Below the pieces are notes generated by a model. It saw only the letters and a program-made list of their open reading frames with translations. It searched no databases and was not told the DNA's origin. From Phoronis australis (Eukaryota > Animalia > Phoronida): DNA of 64,000 bases. Below are positions 26,340-38,874 of the stretch, in pieces. The first letter of the stretch is position 1, and every line of letters starts with the position of its first letter. The stretch covers positions 124,001 to 188,000 of the forward strand of contig NMRA01000630.1 of the NCBI GenBank assembly GCA_002633005.1, written 5' to 3'. The position numbers were made by a program, and so were the translations under genes.

Positions 26340-26582
26340 GGCTCCGTTTCAAGAAAACTGACTTAGCTGAGACAAATCGTACATTTCAGTCAGTAAAACT
26401 TAAAAATTTGTCTCAAGCCTGTTTCAAGATAGAAGTCTTAAGTTTGACTTAAGTTTTTTACTTAAATTTGTCTTAACATTGCCTAACTTATAGGATGCTG
26501 AAATGTCAAGTTTTGAAGTTGCTACAAATCTTAGACTTAAGTCAAAAAGGAACTTTTAAGTCAGTTTCTTGTCATAGGCCCC
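26340..26582. mobile_element. PIF/Harbinger-like MITE
   Basis: TIR GGCTCCGTTTCAAGAAAACTGACTTA / TAAGTCAGTTTCTTGTCATAGGCCCC, flanking ATG direct repeat, and CTTAAG-rich interior. Confidence 0.6.
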
Positions 26583-28890
26583 ATGTCTCTCAAGGCCAGG
26601 TGCCTTTACATGGCTAGAATGACATAACAATACTTCACGTAAAGTTGCCTTTGTTTAGCAGTGACGCCACACAACGTTACCACTGATGCCTTAGGTAAAC
26701 CACCAAGTCAAATGCATTCCATGTCTTTGTTATGGAGCTGACATCAATATGTGTGATTAAGTACAAATGTGTGTACTGGGACTGTGTAATCTCTGAGATA
26801 TCTGTTTAAGTAACTGATCATGTGACTGATCATGTGACTGATCATGTGACTGTCTGTCGAATCTGTGAAAGCTATACTCTTTGTATGCCATTGCATGGTG
26901 GTTAAGTTGTTGTAAAGGTGTCTTTTATTTATTGGCGGCGATTTTTGGGCTTGTCAAGAACTGACATATTGTCAGTGTTTGAGTCCACTGTTGCCTAGTA
27001 ACTGGGTCTCAGTGGGCCGAGCATGATCTTAGACAGCTATGAACTGCCAATTCCTTCTATGCCCAAAAAGCTCCCCTCATTTGAGTAAGGAAGATTTTAT
27101 TGTTTGAAGGAATGCAAATATAGCAGCTTTAAGTATCCTGTGTAATGTTGCTGGTTACTGATAGATGGCGCTGTTAGTGTGACACTGTTTTATAAACTGT
27201 TGTTTGCACCAGTATTATTAGAGCAATAACACATGAGTATTCCATAGACTGCTTTTATCTGATGTATTCACAAGGGCGATCTACAAAGTTAATTGATCAT
27301 GAACCCTGCCCTGGTGGACATGTGACACTCCCTTGAAATATTACAATACGCCTTTACGCATCTAAGTTCCAAGCATCTAAATTGTTGCCCTTAACTATCT
27401 TTTAGCCTGTGAATCTTTTACCAATCAGAACAGTAGAGTGAAAACACTGGCGCTGTTGCCCACCCTGACAGCTGCTTGTCGGCTGTCTGTTGAACATTGT
27501 TTGTGATTCCCGTCTGACAATAATCACACTAGGGGGCGTGGCCAGTCATGCGAGCACGTGATAAAGTTGCTGTACCCCATTTTGGCAAACAAAACGGTTA
27601 AAATTCCAACAAACTGTTCAGTTGTATGCAATTCATCATAACAAGCGCGTTATCTTTGATCCTGATGCGATGAAAACAAAGCCTTGTGTCATGGTCCGCA
27701 CTGGTCTGAAAATGTCCGCCATGTCAGAATTAGTCCCTTACACTAGTCACTGGTGAGATTCCGTTTGTCGTCACACAACTTTTATAATACCTGTAGCACG
27801 CCCTCTGTATGCAGATAATGAAACAGAAAAGTGATCGCCAGCACTACTTTCTCAATAGTAGTGGTTGTTATTACACCAAAATTGGGTTTTCTCTGGTATT
27901 TGCCCAGAGTTTCAGCCTGAAATTCCGAAATTACGCTTTTGATTTGGTACATTATAATTGTTGCAAATTAACTAATAAACACGTGATGGAACCTTGGGTT
28001 CGTCTTGACAAAGGGCCACTTCCCAAATAACCCTGTGTTTTAAATATGCTTCATACCGTTGTTTGTCATTTTTTAATACCACAGTCTACTTTGTTTTGTG
28101 TTTTTGCCAGGTTTGCTATCTTTTGATCTTATTTCTAAGCTTTTTAAGTGCTGAAGCAGTGGCAGATTTTGATCGTCAGTGAAACTTACGTCTATGCACA
28201 GTCCGACTCAAAGATGTCTGCTAATAGTATTGTCAGCAGATGTATTTGTTAATGTTATACGGAATGCTCTGGATTGTGTATGACAACTAGTTGATTATTT
28301 AGTGCAATTTCAGTTTTCAATTCATTTTCATTCTCCAAAAGTCTCTATCGCGTTATTCTTGAGTTTGACGTGGTAAACGGAAATGAGGCAACTCGTACGC
28401 CAACATTTGGCCCGGCTTCTGTCACCCCAACGCTCTAAGCCAGACTTTGACTTTCTTGTCCTTTCTGATATTGTGAGCATTATTTCTCGTAATAAACGCC
28501 AATCAATTTCAAAAGGCCTGTTGCGCGTGAGTAACACCGATGATTTACAAACATCCTCAAAATTCTCAGCCACTCTCCGGACTACATATTGGAAGCCCAA
28601 AACGCCAAAAATCTCTTCCTTGAAGTGCGTTTGAAAATATATGCAACATATTTTAGGCCAGAGAGGTGATCAGTCAAATTTGATTCGATGGTCCATGTTT
28701 GAGAAATTGCAAGTAGTCTGGAACCCAAACATCTAGACGACGGGGGTGCAGGTGGCCTGATGTCTTGTGATACATCAGGCGTGTTTAGGCCACAGGGCCG
28801 GGCCGTTACAATAATCACCTGATTATGACTCGTGGGGACTGAACATGCCATGTAGCCTGTGATGTTACGGTGCCGAGCTGTGTTACAGTG

Positions 28891-29859
28891 CATAGGCGGA
28901 TTTAAGGGGGGGGGGCAGGGGGCCGTTTATTTGTCAAAACTTGTTACAGGACAAGTTTGACAAATTTTCTATTCTTGCATGTATGACGGAGACTCCGGAC
29001 TTTAAGTATTGAGAGCAACAGACAGCTCCTGTACTAATCCGTAGGCTACTAATCGATTCTCAAGTTACGGATATCTCAAACTTTACTCTCAAAAAGTGTC
29101 CATTTTTACAATATTTCACACCAAGGAACTTAGAATACGAAATGTATACCGTGAAGCGGAAAAAATAGCAGAACCACTTTGGAACCAAACAATCTCGTGG
29201 AAATTTGTTTACTACCTTTCCGAGGTCAAAGGTCACGGGGCTGTCACTCAAATGGAATCTCCGCAGATGAATGCTGAAGCAGAACCGTTTGTACCTTCGT
29301 TTCAATCACTCAGTCGCCATAATATTGAATCAACAAGGTGTACCTATGATAGAAAGATGCCGGGGAAAAGGAAGGCAAAATGTAGCTTTTACCCTGAGAG
29401 AATTGTGTGTTCGCATGCATATGACCGTTGAGACTTCATGTTCTGGAGCACACCAAGTTGTGAAAAGAAACAAACCCTCACCCAAGTTCCTTCAGTAGCA
29501 GATCTACGTTTTCAACAAGGGGGGTTAGCGCTGAGTACTGTGGGAGGTCGGGAGGGATTTACCCCCTTCCCGTGTGAGATTTTTTGGTTTTTATAGCTGA
29601 TTTCGTTTTCCTTGTGACGTTTTTATTTTTATTTTTGATCCTGTCCCAGGGGATTAACCTCCTTGAACTCCTCCGTAAATCCGCCTCCGACCTTAATAAG
29701 GGTAATTTGGCATTACGCTGTTTCGATCTCTTGCTCACCGACCCCATTTCTGGATCCATTTCGTACTTGAGTTCCATATCAGTCCCCCAGCGCGTAGTGT
29801 GTCTAACAATAAACTGAATGCACCAGCTTGTCCCACCTAATATGTTGGATCCGCCCCTA
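28891..29859. mobile_element. Degenerate CAKGGCGGATYYAG-type TIR element(s)
   Basis: Left end CATAGGCGGATTTAAGGGGGG, a second left-like end near 29493, and right end GGATCCGCCCCTA. Same terminal family as the 31110 and 49262 elements. No TSD found. Confidence 0.4.
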
Positions 29860-30278
29860 ACCCAATCGACTTGGTTAGACTTTTTGTGATAATTAAGTTA
29901 ATTTAGTAGAGCAAATTCAGATGACATTGCGCGTGAATATTGAAATGATGAGCGTGGATAAGGGTTGTATATGTTTACCGAATAATTAACCACGAAGACC
30001 TTGACACTTTCACCCCTCACGTTTTGATCGGCCTTTTCTCGGCTTCGGCACTGAATCGACTTAATTTGAAATTACGAACACGAGTTCTTGTAAACTGCTC
30101 GATGGATTTCGCTGCAACTTTTCAGTTTAAAAAACGGAATTTTTGTCGTTTGCCTTATTTACTGTCTTAGACACTCGGCCTACACTAAATTGGGGTGTTT
30201 GCCAGTACGACCGCAATTATCTCATCCAACAAACACCTCTAGCCAAGCCCATGATTACGGCTGGATCACTTCAATCCG

Positions 30279-30550
30279 CATGCGCGCACCCAAAGCGGGG
30301 GGAGGCTCGAACGATTCCCCATTTGGAGAAGTGGACAAAAACGTCCGCCTCAGAGAAACAAAAAGTCCTAGAAAGCGAGACAAAAAGTCCACTAAAAAGG
30401 CGCAATCGCACAATTCAGAGCTCTGAACGTGGTACCCCGTTTTTTATTTTTTTTTTTTATTCTTTTTTAGTCCTACGGCTTTTTTGTTGGTAAAAAGTCC
30501 GCATCATCGACAATTCGAGCCCCCCGTATTAAAGGCTGGGTGCGCGCATG
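30279..30550. mobile_element. MITE with perfect 14-bp TIR and 5-bp TSD
   Basis: TIR CATGCGCGCACCCA / TGGGTGCGCGCATG, TSD ATCCG (30274-30278 and 30551-30555). A second diverged copy lies at 40574-40813. Confidence 0.9.
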
Positions 30551-31109
30551 ATCCGTGGCCGGCGGCGCCATCAAGACTTTGGTGTGCCGAGGACTTCGCT
30601 GGATACTCTGAGAATAAACAGGCCACTCTTTCTCGTTCGCTCGCGTGCAAATCCTGATAGTGTAAGGTTTGCTTAGACAACCCTCATTATCTCCCATGGT
30701 GTCGAATGCATTTGCTTTCACCTTCAGTACAGCTGTCTCATGCCTTTGATTGTCCAACAGGTCTTCATGGTTTCCTTGTTAGGGGTAATTTTAGAACTGT
30801 TAATGTTTTGCCCGATACCTCGAAGTAACTCTAGGCCCCCTCGAAAGGTCCCCAAGGGCCACACCCAGAATGCAGACGCCGGCAGACAACCATTTCTGCA
30901 CATAGTGGGGTAGTACTCAAGGACTCCTATGGTCGCATGTTTGTACCTGCATCTCAGTGGGCTATCGATTCACTAATTCTTACACCACAGTTCGCGGATT
31001 AATTTTCTGAACACAAGGGGTGTACTAGACTTTTGATCACATGAGATTTGGACCAGCACCGATGAGATAAATATAACTATGTATATAGCTCATTGATCAG
31101 CACCCTCTG

Positions 31110-31924
31110 CATAAGTGGATTTAGGGGGNNNNNNNNNNNNNNNNNNNNNNNNNNNNNNNNNNNNNNNNNNNNNNNNNNNNNNNNNNNNNNNNNNNNNNNN
31201 NNNNNNNNNNNNNNNNNNNNNNNNNNNNNNNNNNNNNNNNNNNNNNNNNNNNNNNNNNNNNNNNNNNNNNNNNNNNNNNNNNNNNNNNNNNNNNNNNNNN
31301 NNNNNNNNNNNNNNNNNNNNNNNNNNNNNNNNNNNNNNNNNNNNNNNNNNNNNNNNNNNNNNNNNNNNNNNNNNNNNNNNNNNNNNNNNNNNNNNNNNNN
31401 NNNNNNNNNNNNNNNNNNNNNNNNNNNNNNNNNNNNNNNNNNNNNNNNNNNNNNNNNNNNNNGAAACGCTTGCCTCCTAAAACGTCACTTCCGGAGTAGC
31501 GGACGAGTAATTTATAAAATTACGAAAAGCTGTAATTAAGTGGAAAATATGTCTAGGATAACCAACCAATCTTATTTTAGCTCAAAATGACATGGAAAAA
31601 GGTTGCCTTCGCCTATAAATCGTGGTGGAGTAGTGGTAACGCACGCGCTCTAAACGCAAGGTCGTGAGTTCGAGTCTTTGGTACTTGCAGTTTTTCCTGT
31701 TTGACACGTTCTCAGTGAATTTTTTTGCCTTTTTCTTGAATAATACTTCAGGAATCAAGGAAAATGCTTGATTTTTAGAGGTAAAAACAGAAAAATTTCC
31801 TGCTCGGGAGGGGGGTTTCCCCATTCGGTGCTATGCGCATCTACAATCGTGGTTCAGTTTGCGCAAATGTTTACAGCCGGACAAAATGTTGGCCCCCCCT
31901 TGTGATATCCTAGATCCGCCAGTG
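31110..31924. mobile_element. TIR element with 5-bp TSD, carrying a tRNA-like Pol III promoter segment (spans an N gap)
   Basis: Ends CATAAGTGGATTTAGG / CCTAGATCCGCCAGTG, with TSD CTCTG on both sides. Confidence 0.7.
31621..31695 (+). other. tRNA-derived (SINE-head-like) sequence
   Basis: A box TGGAGTAGTGG (31626) and B box region GGTCGTGAGTTCGAGTC, followed by a T5 run. The acceptor stem does not close, so it is not called a tRNA gene. Confidence 0.55.
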
Positions 31925-34900
31925 CTCTGAATACTGACGGTCGTCATGGACTGTTGCGGCAAATTCGTGACTTAAAATGAGCACTGCGCTCAAATATAAA
32001 CATCCGGGCGTCTGTTCAAACCTCAAGGAAGTTTGACTAATAATGACGCTGGCAATAATAAGATCTAACACTTGTTCTCTACAACAAGGAACTAGGTTTT
32101 GAACAAACTGTATAATTATTTGACTTTCAAATTAGTTGATTCCCATGGAGGGCTGCTGCACGTGCAGAACTACACTTACAAGTTTCTGGCGAAGTGATTA
32201 CTTACAATCGTAACAGATTCGGGTTATTTTTGTGCCTTGGAAAGAGTACGGGAGGACCCGGGGTAATGGTCGGATGTAACGTGCCCTAATTTTTGAGAAC
32301 TAGTTTTCTCCACTAACGAGCTTCAAACTGGTTCTCATGGGAACGTTGTATCCGACTATTGCCGGACAATGACTTAAACAACCTATGAGAACAACTCCCC
32401 TGGTCTCTAGCTGCAGCAATACAGCTCTCAAGCTGCTGTTATGTTTATAACTTAGAAAGTGTTCACTTACCCACCCCCAGTTATTACTACTAGTAATAAT
32501 AAAGACTGGAACTTAACACCCAGCCTAGTATTCTGTACACGCTATAAATGAATGTTTATTAAATATTTAAAGACTTTTCGTTAAAATGTACAAAAACAAC
32601 ATATAAAACAGTGTATGAGATGACATCGATTTTTTTCTACATCCAATATTTATGATTTTGCAACGTAATAAGTTGATGTGAAGGTGGTGTATGAATACAA
32701 AACTTGTAGTAATTTTCATGACAGGGTTTGGTGTTTTATTACAAGCTTTTCAGTTTCATTCGTGCACTTTGGTATTTTGTACTAGTGGATATAATAGTTT
32801 TACAGCTGTGCCACATATTGAGAACTATTTCAGTTGCGCAATTATATGTCTCTGTGTAATTTGGTTAAGCAGAATTCACTGGTGTCATCCATTTAAATGA
32901 ACACCTGTGAGTAGAACAAGACACAAAATAATGGCAAACTTAAATAAAGTTGGCAACAGTTGTCAAGAGAATCTTAGACAATATTAACCTAAATAAGCAA
33001 TCTTGTTTATTCATCATTTATACTTTTTCACTTGAATGTGTAAACTAAAAATGGTCACTAAAGTAAAACTAATTCTCCATTTTCGTACAAGTATTAAAAG
33101 AAACACTCTGAACAAGCTTACTGTACACTTTATATGCATCCCAACATGAGACTGAAGCTAACCAAGGTGACCTTACAGCTATGGTAGAGTGCCATTTGAC
33201 TATGATTTGGCCATACATGTTCAGTCAAACGTTCCACATATGCTTGGTACAACATTGAAGTGAACAGGTAGGTCAAATACACATTTGCGTCATGTGGCAG
33301 TAACTGTGTATTGCTTCAGTTCCTAGAATACCATGAACAAAACTCTACATCCTGCATGTCTCTTTTTATTCTATTTGTTTTGATAGTGTGGCTCGTGAGC
33401 TACAACCATTTCAGATAGCGTGGGGTCTGAGACTGATTCTTATGATTGACATATTTCCCGAATAATAGATAAATGATACGTGCGTCATAAGCTCGTTACC
33501 AGCCATACGTGACAGTGGAGATAAAGCCAGGAAAAATACATTGGGAGCTTGAGTCCCAAGACAGCACCAAAATACCCCTGCAACACATTAAAGCTCATTA
33601 AGAACATAGAAAATAGCTACCCGTGTACTAAATACATGTATAGCTGTAAACAACAGTTTGCCTACCGATACGTGAAACTTAATTCTTTCTCAAGATCTTA
33701 TCACACAGAGAAGAAGATCAGACGGTGGCAAAAAGTAACGCAAATTGAGGTCCACCTTATGAAACATAAATGTTGATAACATTGAATTTTGTAACACATA
33801 AAACGCTATAGTCCACGCTATAATGACAGGAAATGGTGACAAACTCCCAAAGAATCATATCCCCTCTCACTAAGTCTTGATCAGCTATAAAATCGTACTT
33901 TTGTTTGATTCTTATAACAGCAAATCAAAGTATCCCCTGGCCTTAAAAGTGGCAATCCCAGGTGGCCATCTGGTTGTTTCCTAAACTTTTATGTAAGATT
34001 CTGTTGCAGGGAACACGCCTAAAATCTGAACTGAACCAACATGTCTCTGAAAAAAAGCTGAGCAGAAGTTGAAGGCTAATTAGTGCATTCACCTCACGTA
34101 GGCGAACAGAATTTCGTTTTATATATGAGCTAACCTATTTGTTGTATGATGTTTAAGCATTTACACCTTAAAAGAAAAGTTAGCGTTGTTAGCTGTGTGT
34201 GGTTGGAAATATTCTTATAACTGCAGCAACATTCAGTTAATGAATGTGCTTATTTAAGAAAGCAAGTGAAAATTCAAAAATAATTTCAATATTCATTTGG
34301 CCACAGACTAATAAGATTTTCAGTTTCTACTGAACATCCATTGACTGTGCTAAAATATATGTGCATCCAACAGTGTGTGTACACCGTTCCTATTCTGCAT
34401 CTATTTGTCATGTTCTGTTCTACACCACTATGCTTATAATTAAATAAGTGAAATACAACTACCGTTCCTCTGCATCCATGCTATTTTATCATTGTTTGCA
34501 ATTACCTCTGATGAATGTTAAAGTTTTACAATTCAGTTCCTGAAACTTTGGTTCAAACTGTGTCTCATTAGTTACTCGCCACTATTTCTTGTACAAACAA
34601 GTTATGAAGAAACGGAGATTGTTTATTTTATACAAGCTTTGTTGTTAGAACTACAAGCGATATTTGATTTTACGGTCATTTCTTGGACTTTCCTGAGTCC
34701 TGATTTGATCTGTAGGTTTTGAAAATTTTCCATTGACGTTGTGCAATGCTTTGTTTAACATTTGTATAAATAATAATGCGATTCTGAGTATATGTTAAAA
34801 CTGGTATTTCGTGTTTTCAGTTGTCTCACTGGTTCATCTATATAATCCCCCATGTTCGCATTTACCACTGAAAGCTTGGTTATAAACTGTTCTTTTGGTT

Positions 34901-35290
34901 TATATTCCTCAAATTGTTTATTAAACTGATGCAGCTGGTCAAAAGTAGTTCCATCCATTCATTTGTGGTTTTGGAGTATGGGTCTGATGTGTCTGTCAGC
35001 AATTAGCCCGGTGCTTATTGTAGATAGATATTGTTTATGATAAGGGTTTGAAAAATTTGAGACCAGGCAAACAATGTGATGCAAATGGTAAAAACAATAT
35101 TTCAGTGAACTAAGGCAAAATTGTATCCTAGACAGATAGTGTATAGCAAGCTGTCGCGTTTGAATAACTCAGCGACTGCTATAGGTAGAGGAAGCGATTT
35201 CCACTGTAGGAGATGTTTTCAAGCGTTCAAACAATGAAACTGATCGAAGGGCCAAGCCGCTAAACAACGTGAGGTCATTTACATCCGGTT

Positions 35291-36936
35291 CAGAGCCGTA
35301 GGAAGCGGGGGGAGGCCGGGGGTCACCGCCCCCAAAAAAATTCAGGTGTCAGGGTTAAACCGTGGCAACCGACATAGGCGTGGGGCCGGGGACAGTCGAG
35401 AAAAGAAAGACTGCGAAATACGGATAAGAGAAAAAATTCAAGAGAGCATTTAACAACTCGATCTGCATGAGTGCATGGTTTACCTTTTGAGGATCCTGGC
35501 CAGGACATTGTCGTTAGGGTCTCCGCTTTTGCAGCACAGGTCGTCTAAACGCACTTGAAAACGTGCACGAAATCAGTCACACATATACTTCGAAATATCG
35601 AGAAAATTTGTAAAGCGAAGCTTTTGCGGAGCGTACTAATTTACTGGATTTTTAAATTCAATAAGTAAATTTTGCGATTGCAAAACTATTTTTCCATCTG
35701 CCCCTCTCTGGACGGGGATAACGGAGACAACTTTCATTTTATTTTTTCTCGAAAGTGTATGTTACTTGAGAAAATCTCCTGATATTTGAAAATACAGATA
35801 TTTTCATATTGAGGGGCCCCGCCCTTGAAGGAGGCCATTGATGACATTCAAGTGGTCACCCTTTTTGTGTTTTTATTAACAAATTCTTAAAGGACCGCTC
35901 ACGGAGAGAGGGCACAATGTTGTAATCGATTACCTATATTTTCCTATTTTTGTGAAATCCTGCAACGGGCTTTCATAATGAAGGAGGTCACTCCCTGCAT
36001 CATTTTGGAACACACGACGGTGGAATGCACTGTCATTCTTTTTTCCAAGCTTAATGACGTTTAGACTTTCATCTTCAGGTGTCCCATTTCAGACGGTACC
36101 CTCTTTCGGTGGAATAGTTCGGGGGAAATGTCTTTTTGTCCCTCTATACATGTAAATCCGACACTGCTAAGTATTCATAATGGAAGTTGAAATTCCAAAT
36201 TCATCAAAAAATACAAAAACACTCGTGTACAGCACAGCTAATCGACCCAAACAACCAAAAATGTAAAAAATACAGTAGGATTGCCCCCTTCGAAAGCGTA
36301 CTAGAATTTTGAAGAACGTGAAGACCACTATTTGTGAATTACACAAATGGACTATTTCCGGTGGTTACTTATAAAATAATGCTATTGTTTCCCATAGTAT
36401 CACAAGAATAGTACCGGTATCTCTTTTGAAGATGGTTAATATGAGTTGTTTGTAAGGAATTCCCACATGTGGAAAACATTGCAGTGTAGGATAGATACTA
36501 TTTGTAATATCGAAAGGGGTACTCAAAGAACTCTTACAATCATAAACAAAGATTTCAGCGTTTTTGTCAGTGGAGTTGGTGTTTTTAGTTTCCAATAGTA
36601 TTAAGCAATAAATTTTTGTTCTTCAAAACTGAATTGATTGCTTGTCCTTATTCGCGTGCACATCATGACTGACCTACCAACGTTAAAAATGAGATGAAAC
36701 CATGCAGTTGGCTCGCGCAGAATCTCAGTGATCCACGGGAACTGAATTTGAACATTCAGTGTGGGACACACTATCGACCGTTTCCCTAGCCACCAGAAAC
36801 TGGACTACCGGTCGTCGGTATTTCAACTAAGCATTTTGAAACAGCCACGTGGCGGAGGTAGTGGCGATGGGGGAGGGGGTTGTTTGGCGAAGTCGAAATG
36901 GTTTGTGCCCCCCAATATTTTCTTCCTACGGGCCTG
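35291..36936. mobile_element. Non-autonomous TIR element (1646 bp) with 5-bp TSD
   Basis: TIR CAGAGCCGTAGGAAG / CTTCCTACGGGCCTG (13/15 match), TSD CGGTT (35286-35290 and 36937-36941). Confidence 0.75.
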
Positions 36937-37118
36937 CGGTTAAGATTGATTTGTAGGAGTTTAACAGTCATGCAGAAAAATTGGGTCAAGACGAGACGGG
37001 CTTTTTTTGATCAAACAAACTAGGGCATAGCAGGGTTCAGAGGTTTTTCGAAACTCGCTCTATCCACCTATCGTCCATTGCTGTTTTCACACGCGCTATA
37101 GCGGCTTTTTATCGGGGC

Positions 37119-37130
37119 TTTATATAGGGA
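37119..37130 (+). promoter_or_regulatory. TATA box candidate for the methyltransferase gene
   Basis: TTATATAGGGA, about 95 bp upstream of the ATG at 37216, with GC-rich flanks. Confidence 0.4.
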
Positions 37131-37215
37131 CACAAACAGGTGCTTTTAAAGTGCAAAAAGCAGCTAGGTGACATTGCCAACGCAAAAGGGTGGAAGAGAG
37201 GTCTAGCTGGGCGTC

Positions 37216-37866
37216 ATGAATGCTAAGGCTAAGGAGTTGGGGATTGATGGAAAGGTTAAGAAAATGTTAAATGAAGTCTACTTCGGAGGACATTCCAAGT
37301 TTGACAATTGGGTTGATGATTACGACAACGATTTACCTGCAGAGGTTTACCAGGCCCCCGTCATGACATCCAAAGTTGTTGCTGAAGCGTTGGGCTCGCG
37401 CAAGGACGTGCGTATCGTTGATTTTCTCGCTGGAACGGGGTTAGTCGCTGAAGAGCTTCAGCGGCACGGTTTTACAAACATCGACGCCGTCGACGCTAAC
37501 GCGGAAATGTTGGAACGTGCCAGAAAGAAGAATTTGTACAGGAACATATATTGCGAATTTATTTCGTCTATACCGACCCCAGGATTGGAGGCGGACGCCT
37601 ATGACGTGGCGGTGTCTGTTGGATCGTTCTATCCAGGAGGTCTGCAATGCGACGCCCTGTTCGAATTCATAAGGGTGGTGAAGAAAGGAGGGTTGATTAC
37701 TTTTGGAATGAATATGGAGTTTGACTCGCCATATAAGCCAGAGGAATGCGAGAGTTTATTAAGAAAATTAGAAAACGATGGAAAGGCTAAGCTGTTAACT
37801 ATGCATGAAAACAATGGTTGGATCCTGGAACAAAGAGGGATTGTGTACACACTACAAGTTCTCTAA
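37216..37866 (+). CDS. METTL27: Class I SAM-dependent methyltransferase, METTL27/WBSCR27-like, intronless coding region (216 aa)
   Basis: FDNWVDDYDNDL N-terminal motif; motif I RIVDFLAGTGLVAEEL; acidic motif II AVDANAEMLERA..KNLY; YDVAVSVG; EFIRVVKKGGLI. Single uninterrupted ORF from ATG to TAA. Confidence 0.85.
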   Translation: MNAKAKELGIDGKVKKMLNEVYFGGHSKFDNWVDDYDNDLPAEVYQAPVMTSKVVAEALGSRKDVRIVDFLAGTGLVAEELQRHGFTNIDAVDANAEMLERARKKNLYRNIYCEFISSIPTPGLEADAYDVAVSVGSFYPGGLQCDALFEFIRVVKKGGLITFGMNMEFDSPYKPEECESLLRKLENDGKAKLLTMHENNGWILEQRGIVYTLQVL

Positions 37867-38874
37867 TTTGCATAACATGACCAAGGCTTGAGTTAAGACT
37901 ATTGATCTTTGTTTATGTTGTCTTTACTAGCTGAACACGATAGCGGCTATTTTAGCTTATTAACAGATATTAAATGCGACTTTCACATCCAGCTCTCTGA
38001 AACAAATTATTCTTTGCACCTCTCGACAACCCTCGAAAGATTTGATCAAAATCTGAAATTTTCATTCCGTCTGGTAAACGGGCAAGCGTAACTATTAATG
38101 TGCTTCATGCCAGTGCTGCAGCAGGCAGGGTAGTGCGCGCATAGATTAAAGGTACGCCTTGCTTACTTGAAATATGAGTTGAGTGAAACCTAATGTATTT
38201 TACTACTAGTTTAAAGGTACATTATCGCTGAGAAAGATAATTTTCTGAGACTAACCCGAGCATTAAATGTGGCAGTCAAACCACGCTCTGCTGGCGGAAT
38301 AAAATACCAAGCGATGATTGTCATAGAATTTGAAGCAGTAATAAATGCTATATGCATCAAGGATTTTGATTTCAATGAATGTTTGTCAGATAATGTCGAG
38401 AATTCGTGATTTTTAGTAAACTCATCATAGATTTTGTTGTTACATAATTCTGATCAAAGGCACTACAAGAAGTCTATCCCATCCAACAGTTATCCATGAA
38501 ATTATTTTTTCGGCATCAAAACCTATATCGCTGAAAACTACATTTTCTCCCTACTTGACTGCTTAAGAACGGAAATCTATACCGGCCTTTTACTCTCATG
38601 CAAGCGATGTCAAACATTTTGATAGGATGCCATTTGTGCAATGAGCAAGTATATCGTGCGACCCACTAAGCGGTTGGCTATGCCTAAATTTGCAAATTCG
38701 AAAATGGTCCATGTGTGCATTACCTATGACTTTCAAGCATTACGAATACGGCGAACTCTAGACGCACATTGTGCTGACTGAGTTCAGTCAGTTCGCTTCA
38801 GCGGCAAATGTGTGGCTCGATATTGATAACTATTGCAGCTCAAAACAAAATCACATGTGTAACAGACACTTTAA

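Noticed and set aside
26029-26352. Repetitive ORFs (WPLNCEA / MPHNSGA / CLTIQGP) in several frames
   Set aside because: These are translations of a stop-free 21-bp minisatellite downstream of the LAS2-like stop codon.
28328-28893. Cluster of overlapping 80-100 aa ORFs (also 34755-34958)
   Set aside because: There are no recognisable domains, no consistent splice structure, and stops occur in the extended frames.
31093-31539. ORFs containing long X runs (also 3381-3690)
   Set aside because: They are artefacts of N gaps in the assembly.
31621-31695. Functional tRNA gene
   Set aside because: A and B boxes are present, but the acceptor and anticodon stems do not pair properly.
37216-37866. Bacterial contamination or recent horizontal transfer of the methyltransferase
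   Set aside because: The motifs resemble animal METTL27, there is no operon context, and the flanks are host-type repeats. A phylogeny would be needed to revive the idea.
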